Shown here in pieces: positions 28,610-36,624 of a DNA stretch of 40,109 nucleotides. How positions within the stretch are numbered: position 1 is the stretch's first letter; every line of letters begins with the position of its first letter. The notes under the pieces were generated by a model. It was given only the letters and a program-made list of their open reading frames with translations. It ran no database searches and was not told where the DNA came from. Origin of the DNA: Candidatus Anderseniibacteriota bacterium (lineage in GTDB: Bacteria; Patescibacteriota; Andersenbacteria; UBA10190); the NCBI GenBank assembly GCA_040881505.1, contig JBBEDC010000013.1, positions 1 to 40,109 on the forward strand, given 5' to 3'. A program made the position numbers and the translations under genes.

Positions 28610-28681
28610 CATTTCACTGACGAAATTAAAGAGTTGCGATATAGTGAAGAGAGTCTAATTATTACGTTTTCTTTAAACCAT

Positions 28682-29266
28682 ATGTCCTACCTCGTACCAA
28701 CCGTTATCGAAAAGTCCCAATTCGGCGAACGCGCCTTTGATATCTATTCTCGTCTCCTAAAAGAGCGAATTATCTTCCTGGGAGGAGCCATTAATGATGA
28801 TGTCGCCAATATTATTATCGCCCAGCTTCTCTTTTTAGAGCATGAAGACCAGACAAAAGACATCAAGATTTACATTAACTCTCCGGGGGGAGTGGTCACG
28901 GCTGGTATGGCTATTTACGACACCATGCAATTTATCAAGCCAGATGTTTCGACTATCTGTATCGGCATGGCTGCCAGTATGGGAGCAGTACTGCTGGCTG
29001 GCGGCGCGAAGGGTAAGCGCATGTCGCTAACTCACTCCGATATCATGATCCATCAGGTCCTAGGCGGAGCCGAGGGGCAGGCTTCTGACATCGAAATTTC
29101 TGCTCGCCATATCCTTAAAATGAAAGATCGATTAAACCAGGTATTGGCCGATCACACAGGGCAGAAAAAAAGTAAAGTGGAAAAAGATACCGATCGGGAT
29201 TACTATATGGACGCAGAGGAAGCTAAAGCATACGGCTTGATTGACCACGTTGTACAGAAAGCTTAG
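28682..29266 (+). CDS. clpP: ATP-dependent Clp protease proteolytic subunit
   Basis: Catalytic Ser context GMAASMG, His in MIHQ, and the conserved [17 protein letters not shown]-terminus. I prefer the start at MSYLVPTV (28682). Confidence 0.95.
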   Translation: MSYLVPTVIEKSQFGERAFDIYSRLLKERIIFLGGAINDDVANIIIAQLLFLEHEDQTKDIKIYINSPGGVVTAGMAIYDTMQFIKPDVSTICIGMAASMGAVLLAGGAKGKRMSLTHSDIMIHQVLGGAEGQASDIEISARHILKMKDRLNQVLADHTGQKKSKVEKDTDRDYYMDAEEAKAYGLIDHVVQKA

Positions 29267-29459
29267 CCGTCGCTCAATAAAGCAATTTTCCTCGCAATTC
29301 ACATCATATTTAGTATTAATACCCCTCTTCGGTCGTATCGTATCGCCCAGTCTTGTTTCTCTGAATTTCCTGTATCCACGATCTCGTCATTGTCGCTCTC
29401 AAAGCCTCGCATAATTACATAGACTCACCGCGTATACAGCCGTAAGGGCACAAACACCT

Positions 29460-30992
29460 ATGCCCGTGATTTCAACCGTGATCGCCGCTGTTGTTGCAGC
29501 TGGCGTTGGCGTAGCTGCCGGATATCAAATCCGTCGCAATGCAGGCGCTAGAAAAGAAGAGTCGGTCGATAAGAAGATTGAATCTAAGATCGCTGCCGCA
29601 AAAACAAAGGTAGTAACACTGCGAGAGCAAGCCGAAAAAGAAGCGAGAGAAATTCGCGAAAAAGCTGAGAAAGACCTCGATGAACGTCGAAGTCAGATTT
29701 TAGAACTTGAAAAGCGCGTAGCTGAGCGCGAGGAGAAGATTGACTCCAAACTCGAGCAGCTCGAGCAGCGTGACAAGGCACTGGTAGATCAGCAGGAGCA
29801 GTTAAGCAAGCGTGAGGAGGAACTTAAAGCCCTCAAAGGAGAAGAGGAAAAGAAGCTAGCTGATATTTCCGGCCTTACCAGCGAACAAGCCCAGCAGCGC
29901 GTTATGGAGCTAGCTGAAGAGCGCACTAAGGAAGATATCGTGCGTCGGGTACGGAAGATGGAAAAAGAGGGAGATCGAGAACTAGAAGAAAAGGCCCGCG
30001 ATATCCTTTCAAATGTTATTCAACGCTATGCCAGCTCGCACGTAGCGGAGCACTCAACCTCCTACGTTGACGTTCCGGACGAGAGCATGATCGGCCGCAT
30101 TATCGGCAAAGAAGGTCGCAACATCCAACACATTGAGCGTGTCACAGGCTGTGAAATCGTAATCGACAGTGAAGCGGGACATTCCATAATGATTTCCGGA
30201 TTTTCACCTATGCGACGCCAGGTCGCTAAGAAAGCGATTGAACAACTCATGAAGGATGGGCGTATCCATCCGGGTAGAATTGAAGAAGTTGTTGAAGAAG
30301 CAAAAAAGAAAATTAATGACGATATCCGCGAAGCGGGAGAAACCGTCGTTTATGATTTGGGCATTGTTGACTTCCCCCCACAGCTTATACACCTGGTAGG
30401 GCGTATGAAATACCGCACCAGCTATGGTCAGAATATCCTGCGTCACAGCTGGGAAGCTGCTCGTATTGCCATGATGCTTGCTCAAGAACTGGGAGCTGAC
30501 GTGAATATCGCCAAGAAGGCGACGCTGCTACATGATATTGGGAAGGCGATTGACCATGAGGTTGAAGGAAATCATGTCGAAATCGGGGAGAAGATCATGC
30601 GTAAGTTTGGGGTAAGCGAAGAAATTGTGCGAGCCGCAGCTGCCCACCATGAGGACTATCCTTTTGACACTCGAGAGGCGATCATCGTCCAGGTATCCGA
30701 CGCTATCTCCGCTGCCCGCCCCGGAGCTCGACGTGAGGACGTAGAAGGCTATGTGAAGCGCATGGAAGACCTGGAGCAGATAGCGACGAGTTATGAGGGG
30801 GTTAACAAGGCATATGCGATCTATGCAGGCCGCGAGATTCGAGTATTCGTTGAACCAAAAGAAATTGATGACCTGGGCGCTATAAAGTTAGCTCAGAGTA
30901 TTGCCAAGCAGATTGAGCAGGAAATGACCTATCCAGGAGATGTTAAAGTAAATGTTATTCGCGAAACTCGATCAGACGCTCTAGCGCGGTAA
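29460..30992 (+). CDS. rny: ribonuclease Y
   Basis: N-terminal TM helix, long coiled coil, KH domain (GRIIGKEGRNIQ), HD domain (LLHDIGKA...HH). Confidence 0.95.
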   Translation: MPVISTVIAAVVAAGVGVAAGYQIRRNAGARKEESVDKKIESKIAAAKTKVVTLREQAEKEAREIREKAEKDLDERRSQILELEKRVAEREEKIDSKLEQLEQRDKALVDQQEQLSKREEELKALKGEEEKKLADISGLTSEQAQQRVMELAEERTKEDIVRRVRKMEKEGDRELEEKARDILSNVIQRYASSHVAEHSTSYVDVPDESMIGRIIGKEGRNIQHIERVTGCEIVIDSEAGHSIMISGFSPMRRQVAKKAIEQLMKDGRIHPGRIEEVVEEAKKKINDDIREAGETVVYDLGIVDFPPQLIHLVGRMKYRTSYGQNILRHSWEAARIAMMLAQELGADVNIAKKATLLHDIGKAIDHEVEGNHVEIGEKIMRKFGVSEEIVRAAAAHHEDYPFDTREAIIVQVSDAISAARPGARREDVEGYVKRMEDLEQIATSYEGVNKAYAIYAGREIRVFVEPKEIDDLGAIKLAQSIAKQIEQEMTYPGDVKVNVIRETRSDALAR

Positions 30993-31009
30993 TGAAACAA
31001 AAAGTAGGC

Positions 31010-31047
31010 TTGGACATATCTTCCACATGATGTATACTACATACATC
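31010..31047 (+). promoter_or_regulatory. promoter plus inverted-repeat operator of the TA operon
   Basis: TTGGAC (31010-15), 17 nt, TATACT (31033-38). The 7-bp inverted repeat GATGTAT-actac-ATACATC (31029-31047) overlaps the -10 and ends 1 nt before the start codon. Confidence 0.5.
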
Positions 31048-31048
31048 T

Positions 31049-31330
31049 ATGGCTAATATGAAGCGTACCCAAATTTACTTGCCAGAACACATTCATCGCC
31101 GTCTCAAGATAGAGGCGAAGCGCCGTAAGTGCTCTATGGCTGACGTGGTGCGGGAAAGCGTTGAAAAGGACTTGAGTAACCCTAAAAAATACAAAGGAGC
31201 TGACGTGATGATGGATATGCTGGCAGATGCGGAGCGTCTAGAAAAGGATTATCCAACACCACCCGATGCGCCCACCGACCTTGCAGAAAACCACGACTAT
31301 TACCTATATGGCAAAGGACGTATTGAATGA
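31049..31330 (+). CDS. ribbon-helix-helix (CopG/VapB-like) antitoxin
   Basis: The N-terminus KRTQIYLPEHIHRRLKIEAKRRKCSMADVVRESVEK is a typical RHH. ATGA overlap with the downstream PIN gene. Confidence 0.8.
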   Translation: MANMKRTQIYLPEHIHRRLKIEAKRRKCSMADVVRESVEKDLSNPKKYKGADVMMDMLADAERLEKDYPTPPDAPTDLAENHDYYLYGKGRIE

Positions 31331-31740
31331 GCGTGTTCGTCGACACTTCTGCGTTTGTTGCTCTGTACTATCGTCATGATGCACATGCAAAATCAGCTAA
31401 GCGGGTTATCGAGCACCTTCAGCAGCACAATACCCCTCTCGTAACCAGTAATTATATTATCGCTGAGTCGTTAACTGTTATTTCACAACGAGCAGGCAAA
31501 AAACAAGCCGTATCTTTTGGGGAGTATATGGTAAACGATGACTTCCTGACTCTTAGAATTGGCAAATCAACGGAGCAACGCGCTTTTATACTGTTTTCCG
31601 AGCTTGCTCAGAAGGATGTCAGCTTTGTTGATTGCACCAGCTTTATTCTCTGCAAAGATCTTGGGATTACTCAAGTATTTTCATTCGACCAACACTTTGC
31701 AAAACAAGGGTTTAAACTACTGAAACCTAAGAAGGGTTAG
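31327..31740 (+). CDS. vapC: PIN-domain ribonuclease toxin
   Basis: 137 aa. VFVDTSAFVAL N-terminal acidic motif, later acidic residues (IIAES..., SFVDC..., FDQHF) as in VapC. Confidence 0.85.
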   Translation: MSVFVDTSAFVALYYRHDAHAKSAKRVIEHLQQHNTPLVTSNYIIAESLTVISQRAGKKQAVSFGEYMVNDDFLTLRIGKSTEQRAFILFSELAQKDVSFVDCTSFILCKDLGITQVFSFDQHFAKQGFKLLKPKKG

Positions 31741-31852
31741 GTTGTGTGTAGATTTTTCTCAAAAATAGAGCAAAAAGAAAAGACGATATTGCTATCGCCT
31801 TGTGTGAGCTCTGGACAGGAATTATACGGCCCTGTCTAAACCGCTGCCGATG

Positions 31853-32329
31853 TTAGTCGGCGGACTTTTCGACGGGGACAGCGAGGAAAGAGTCGTCCGA
31901 GTTCCATCCACTACTCCAGTGGTCAAGGTCGAACTCATACCAGCTGTCGTCCTCCCAGTCCCAACCGACGAGAGATGGCACATAGCGATGGCGACGGGAG
32001 CGCACGTAGACGGAACCGAGAGCCACCACTGATGATACTGGGAACCCGCACACAATGTAGGGGTATTTCTCCCCAAAAGTGCACAGTTCCTGGAGCGTGG
32101 CCGGGCGCAGACCCGCCTGACCCAGTTCCCAAACCACGTCCTTGCTCCCGATGTCGCGATTGGGGTGGTAGAGTACGGCTTTCGCGTCTATGACGATCTC
32201 GCCTTCGAGCTTGAAGTGCTCGGCGGTGATGTAGTCGTGGATGTAGTCGTACTTGCCGGCTGCGAGGGCGTCTTGGAGCGACTTGTGGCTGGACCGGATC
32301 GGGTAGCAAACACTGATGGAACTAGCCAT
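31853..32329 (-). CDS. hypothetical protein (GC-rich single-gene cassette)
   Basis: 158-aa ORF with AGGAGA 5 nt upstream of the ATG. GC3-rich. Trp/Asp-rich C-terminal half (GWDWEDDSWYEFDLDHWSSGWNSDD). No domain recognised. The other long frames here are antisense or offset artefacts. Confidence 0.6.
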   Translation of the reverse strand: MASSISVCYPIRSSHKSLQDALAAGKYDYIHDYITAEHFKLEGEIVIDAKAVLYHPNRDIGSKDVVWELGQAGLRPATLQELCTFGEKYPYIVCGFPVSSVVALGSVYVRSRRHRYVPSLVGWDWEDDSWYEFDLDHWSSGWNSDDSFLAVPVEKSAD

Positions 32330-32487
32330 TGCTGTCTCCTAGCTGGAAGGTACTCGTTTGCTACGACCACCATGATCGTAACGCCAGCATTATATCTTAA
32401 GTTATCTATATTGTCAACATATATTAAGCTATATGTAGCTATTTAATGTATATTTGTAATATATTTAGTTTACTATATAATCAAAAT

Positions 32488-33294
32488 ATGGCCTTAAAAA
32501 GTACCGACAGTCGTTCGCAAAACGAATTAGAGACAGCCCTAGCTGAACTAGGGCTGTCTCCTACTGAACAGCAGGTATATATGACTTCTTTGAAATCTGG
32601 ACCTTTGCCTATAACAGCGTTAGCTCAACAGGTTAGCCTAGAACGCCCCTACCTTTACACCCTTATTGCCTCCCTACGAGAAAAAGGGTTAGTTTCTCCA
32701 TCCCATGAACGCTATGGACGATCATTCTCTGTTGCCCCACCTACTGTCGTAGTAGACCTCTTGAGAGAAAAACAAGCCGCGGTCGCAGCCCTTCAGAAAA
32801 ACTTAGCAGCAGAGATGCCACGATACTTGGCCGCGTACAAAGGACAGGGCGCTACCCAGATTTTTCTCTATGAAGGAAAAGAACGCTTCTTTGAGCTGTA
32901 CACTCGTATATTTGCAGAAAAGCCTAAAGAAACTCTGTACTTCGGTGATCTCGACCACTTCATTCGCGTAGTTGAGGAAAGCGATACTGAAAGCTGGATA
33001 CAAAAACGTATCCGGCGCAAAATTGTCATGAAGTTTCTACCGATTGAATCTAAACGAGTGCAAGAGTTTCCAACTGATCCCTCACAGTATCGTGTAACTC
33101 GTGTAATCCCTCGCGACCTATGCAGCACACTCCCAGCTACTTTTCAGGTATTTGGCAGTTATGTCATTTTCTGGCAACCGCATACTCCCGCTGCTGTTGT
33201 AATACAAGACCCATATATCGCTGAAATGCACACGAAAATCTTTAACCTCTTGTGGCAGCAAGGCAAAGAAACTCCAATTGCGAAAGCTCCATAA
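32488..33294 (+). CDS. TrmB-family transcriptional regulator
   Basis: N-terminal winged HTH LGLSPTEQQVYMTSLKSGPLPITALAQQVSLERPYLYTLIASLREKGLV plus a C-terminal effector-like domain. I prefer the ATG at 32488. The upstream region is very AT-rich. Confidence 0.75.
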   Translation: MALKSTDSRSQNELETALAELGLSPTEQQVYMTSLKSGPLPITALAQQVSLERPYLYTLIASLREKGLVSPSHERYGRSFSVAPPTVVVDLLREKQAAVAALQKNLAAEMPRYLAAYKGQGATQIFLYEGKERFFELYTRIFAEKPKETLYFGDLDHFIRVVEESDTESWIQKRIRRKIVMKFLPIESKRVQEFPTDPSQYRVTRVIPRDLCSTLPATFQVFGSYVIFWQPHTPAAVVIQDPYIAEMHTKIFNLLWQQGKETPIAKAP

Positions 33295-33312
33295 GGTATC
33301 TACTGTTAATAC

Positions 33313-34188
33313 ATGCCCAAGCAATACCAACGAGTAGGCTTTCATGCTTCAGCTGCCGGAGGCCTCGAGAATGCTCCAGAAAACGCTCACGCACTTGATG
33401 CGGAGTGTTTTCAGTTCTTCTCACGCAGTCCCAGAGGAGGCGGTGCTAAGCCTATCTCAAACGAACAAGCGAAGCTCTTCCGAGAACGATGCGAGCAATA
33501 CGACTTCGAAAGCTATATTCACGCCCCGTATTACGTAAACTTCGCTTCAAAGAATAACCGAATATATCATGGGACAATTGCTGTTCTGCGTGAAGAGTTG
33601 GAACGCGGCTCGAAACTAGGAGTGAAATATTTAGTCACTCACCTAGGCAGTGCAAAGGAGCATGTGACTAACCCCGCATCGATTGAAACACCCCAGAGTG
33701 CCCTCGATCAGGCGGTAAAAGGCATCAAAGAGATGTACAAAGGGAATCCAAAATTTACCACTCAGCTTCTGCTCGAGATATCAGCCGGGGCGGGATCAGT
33801 CGTAGGCGATACCTTTGAAGAGCTGGGGTACCTACTTAAGCACGTAGGCCGCAAAGACATCCATGTCTGCCTTGATACCTGCCATATGTTTGCTTCCGGA
33901 TACGACTTACGAAAAAAAGAGGCTCTAAATGAAACAATGAAACTTTTCAGAAAACACGTTGGCATCTCTCATCTCAAGTTGGTCCACATGAATGATTCTA
34001 AGGCTGATCTTGGGGCACGAACTGATCGCCATGAGCATATAGGGAAGGGGAAGATCGGCAACGCAGGTCTTAAGGCTGTGCTGACTCATCCAGACTTTCA
34101 GAAAGTAAACTTCATCCTGGAAACTAAACATGATAGCCTCCTGTCGAAAGATTTGGCATTCTTAAAGAAACATCGGACTGCCTCATGA
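33313..34188 (+). CDS. nfo: endonuclease IV (AP endonuclease, TIM barrel)
   Basis: HAPYYVNFAS, THLGS, LEISAG, CLDTCHMFASGYD, HMNDS, and HEHIGKG metal-ligand motifs. Confidence 0.92.
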   Translation: MPKQYQRVGFHASAAGGLENAPENAHALDAECFQFFSRSPRGGGAKPISNEQAKLFRERCEQYDFESYIHAPYYVNFASKNNRIYHGTIAVLREELERGSKLGVKYLVTHLGSAKEHVTNPASIETPQSALDQAVKGIKEMYKGNPKFTTQLLLEISAGAGSVVGDTFEELGYLLKHVGRKDIHVCLDTCHMFASGYDLRKKEALNETMKLFRKHVGISHLKLVHMNDSKADLGARTDRHEHIGKGKIGNAGLKAVLTHPDFQKVNFILETKHDSLLSKDLAFLKKHRTAS

Positions 34189-34823
34189 ACCGAGAAGAAA
34201 AACAACTAGCGTTAGAGGAGCTCAACAGACGCGAGGAAGAACGCGTGAAGAATGGCCCGTTAGCTCAAAGCGCAACGCAAGCGGTACCAGGCGAAGGTAA
34301 CCCCGATGCTGATATTTTATTTATAGGAGAAGGGCCTGGAAAGAAGGAAGATGAGCTAGGACGACCGTTCGTGGGCGCGGCGGGCAAATTTTTGAACGAG
34401 CTCATAGAATCAATCGGCTTACAGCGCGAAGATGTATTTATTGCTAACATCGTCAAACACCGTCCGCCAGGTAACCGCGACCCCCTGCCAGATGAAGTTG
34501 AACTATACAAGCCGTGGCTGGAAGAACAGATTAATATCATTGAACCGAAACTTATCATCACCTTAGGGCGGCACTCTATGGGATGGCTTCTGGGTCCTAA
34601 CCTTTCGATTACAGCCATACACGGGCAACCTAAGCGCCGTAATGGCAAGGTTGTGATGCCTATGTATCACCCAGCTGCTGCTTTGTATCGTGGCGATCTC
34701 CGACCAGTGCTCAAAGCTGATTTTGCAAAGATTCCTAAAGTGATTGAGCTCATTGATAAAGACCAAGGTGTAACTGCAGCCGAGCAGGAAGAGGAAATAG
34801 AAAAACAAGCAGCGTTGCTCTAA
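34185..34823 (+). CDS. family-4-like uracil-DNA glycosylase, cysteine-free
   Basis: Motif A FIGEGPGKKEDELGRPFVGAAG and motif B HPAAALY. The protein has no Cys at all (KHRPPGNRDP where the family has KCRPP). ATGA overlap with nfo. Confidence 0.85.
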   Translation: MNREEKQLALEELNRREEERVKNGPLAQSATQAVPGEGNPDADILFIGEGPGKKEDELGRPFVGAAGKFLNELIESIGLQREDVFIANIVKHRPPGNRDPLPDEVELYKPWLEEQINIIEPKLIITLGRHSMGWLLGPNLSITAIHGQPKRRNGKVVMPMYHPAAALYRGDLRPVLKADFAKIPKVIELIDKDQGVTAAEQEEEIEKQAALL

Positions 34824-34852
34824 ATCTGCAAAGCCGCTATTCTCTGTTGTAC

Positions 34853-34936
34853 GCGGACGTGCTGGAACCGGTAGACAGCCATGGTTGAGGGCCATGGGAG
34901 CATTAGCTCGTGGAGGTTCAAGTCCTCTCGTCCGCA
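34853..34936 (+). tRNA. tRNA-Leu(GAG), class II
   Basis: Acceptor GCGGACG/CGTCCGC, anticodon stem CATGG/CCATG, loop TTGAGGG (anticodon GAG), long variable arm, T-arm GGAGG-TTCAAGT-CCTCT, discriminator A. Confidence 0.9.
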
Positions 34937-35054
34937 CTAATCGAATTTGCTAAGCTGGAACGCTTCATATACAGTGATTTTGCCAATTTATGGGTTATAG
35001 GAACTCATAATAAGCTTGGCGCTTGTTACTTGAAAATTGGAAAGGTGTACCACA

Positions 35055-35780
35055 ATGTCTTCTCTGGTGATTCCGACCCGGGCGATTGCGCTCGGTCTTC
35101 TGAAGGCTGGTACTTTGAGCCTGCGAGATGTCGATGGGGGCGAAGAGCCTTATCTGTACTCCAGCGGCAATAACGGCCCGGGGTACGTCATGGTCAAGTC
35201 CCTGGGAGGCTGCAAGCCAGTCTTCCGGCAAGCCTGCATCTGGCTGGCTGCCAAAGTCGCCGCAGAACACCCTCAACTCGACTGGGTCGCCGCAAACGCA
35301 ACCGGCGGAATGCCACCTGGTGTGCTCGTCAGTGAGTACCTGGAACACTTCCTCGGCAAGACCATCCCGTACGTCTACATCCGCGGAACTCGCAAGCGCG
35401 GTGGTCACGGTGAGCTCATCACCAATCTGCCAAACAACCCCGACACTCCGTCGGGAAGCAGCGCTGTGGTCATGGAGGAGTTGGTCAACTTCGCAAGCAC
35501 CACCTGCAACAGTGCGGTGTTGCTCCGTGAGGAAGGATATCGTGCAGATCATGCGTGTTGCATCCTCTACTACGGCAACCCGGAAGCCGAGAAGGCGCTG
35601 CAGCGGGATCAGGTCGGTATGACCTATCTTCTCACTCTTTCCACCCTTCTGGAGGTGGCAGAAGAAGAGGGGACTCACCCCGCTGCGCTCGTTCAGAAAT
35701 ACCGCGAGTTTCTCGCCAACCCCCTCAAGTGGCAGTCGGACCGCGGTTTCGAGCCCCGTAAGGAAGGAGGGACGCTGTGA
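35055..35780 (+). CDS. divergent type I phosphoribosyltransferase, OPRT-like (GC-rich cassette)
   Basis: Aligns by eye to E. coli PyrE: ...EPYLYSSG, TGGMPPGV (vs YKGIPIA), YVYIRGTRKRGGHGELI (vs FNRKEAKDHGEGGNLV). The PRPP loop reads AVVMEELVNFASTT (vs VMLVDDVITAGTA). I prefer the ATG at 35055, which follows GAAAGGTG. Confidence 0.7.
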   Translation: MSSLVIPTRAIALGLLKAGTLSLRDVDGGEEPYLYSSGNNGPGYVMVKSLGGCKPVFRQACIWLAAKVAAEHPQLDWVAANATGGMPPGVLVSEYLEHFLGKTIPYVYIRGTRKRGGHGELITNLPNNPDTPSGSSAVVMEELVNFASTTCNSAVLLREEGYRADHACCILYYGNPEAEKALQRDQVGMTYLLTLSTLLEVAEEEGTHPAALVQKYREFLANPLKWQSDRGFEPRKEGGTL

Positions 35781-36475
35781 AGCCTCTGCTTTGCATTGCC
35801 CTTGATGACCTCTGGGAAGAGGAGCACTCCACCCTCACCAAGGTGGAAGCGATACTGCAGAAGGTTCCGCCGGATCGCCTGGTGCTGAAGGCAAACCTCG
35901 ACTTCGCCCTGAAGCGAGGCTTGAAAGACGCTGTTCAGCTGCTTCAAAGCTTCTCCGCGCAACTGTTCGTTGATCTGAAAATGTTCAACGGCAGCAGGAC
36001 AATGGAACGGATTGCCCAGAGTCTCGTCGACCTGGATGTGGACTACTTCAACGTCCATCTTCTGGCCGATAAGGAGAGCAGAACAGCAATCAAGGCTGCC
36101 AAGACCAGCAAGACGCGTGTGCTTGGAGTCACAGTCTTGAGTCACATGGATGAAGGCTACTGTCAACAAATCTTCAAACTGCCACGGAAGAGCGTTGTCA
36201 GAAACCTGGCTCAGCTTGGGAATCGTCTTGGTTGTGATGGGATCATCCTTCCTGCTGACACGATTCCCGTCATTCAACACTCAAGCCTTCTCTGCGCAAC
36301 GGGTATTCGGCCAACTTGGTACAAAGACACCCGCCACGCCGTAGAGACCACGCCAACAAAGGCTGTGGAAATAGGAGCCGACATACTGGTATGCGGCGGT
36401 CCAATCATGAACAGTGAAGACCCCGGGGCAGCTGCCACGCGAATCCTGGACGAGATGGACTCAGTAGGGTTTTGA
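35777..36475 (+). CDS. divergent OMP-decarboxylase-fold protein (GC-rich cassette)
   Basis: Aligns by eye to PyrF: LCIALDD, VLKAN, FVDLKMFNGSRT (vs LDLKFHDIPNT), FNVHLLAD, VLGVTVLSHM, ATGIRP, ADILVCGGP (vs GRP). GTGA overlap with the upstream PRTase gene. Confidence 0.7.
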   Translation: MKPLLCIALDDLWEEEHSTLTKVEAILQKVPPDRLVLKANLDFALKRGLKDAVQLLQSFSAQLFVDLKMFNGSRTMERIAQSLVDLDVDYFNVHLLADKESRTAIKAAKTSKTRVLGVTVLSHMDEGYCQQIFKLPRKSVVRNLAQLGNRLGCDGIILPADTIPVIQHSSLLCATGIRPTWYKDTRHAVETTPTKAVEIGADILVCGGPIMNSEDPGAAATRILDEMDSVGF

Positions 36476-36497
36476 ACGCCCTACTGCAAAACGCTAC

Positions 36498-36538
36498 GCC
36501 GGACTATGTGCAACACGCACTGGTACGGCTTTTTCTTT
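36498..36538 (+). terminator. probable rho-independent terminator of the PRTase/OMPDC-like pair
   Basis: GCCGGAC...GTACGGC imperfect stem (one mismatch, large loop) followed by TTTTTCTTT. Confidence 0.45.
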
Positions 36539-36550
36539 ACTTCGAATTTG

Positions 36551-36623
36551 TGGGCGGTGCAGGGCTCGAACCTGCGGCCTCCTCGGTGTAAACGAGATGC
36601 TCTACCAACTGAGCTAACCGCCC
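36551..36623 (-). tRNA. tRNA-Val(TAC)
   Basis: The reverse complement folds as GGGCGGT/ACCGCCC acceptor, D-arm GCTC-AGTTGGTA-GAGC, anticodon stem TCTCG/CGAGG, loop TTTACAC, T-arm GCAGG-TTCGAGC-CCTGC. Confidence 0.92.
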
Positions 36624-36624
36624 T

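Noticed and set aside
34563-34937. 124-aa minus-strand ORF
   Set aside because: It is antisense to the UDG 3' end and to tRNA-Leu(GAG). The same applies to 6238..6588 and 6477..6659, which cover tRNA-Leu(TAG).
34995-36280. Long minus-strand ORFs (227 aa and 195 aa) across the PRTase/OMPDC-like genes
   Set aside because: The plus-strand frames carry recognisable PRTase and OMPDC motifs. The minus frames have no motifs and arise from GC-rich stop-codon depletion. The same logic applies to 7338..7988 opposite the SPFH pair.
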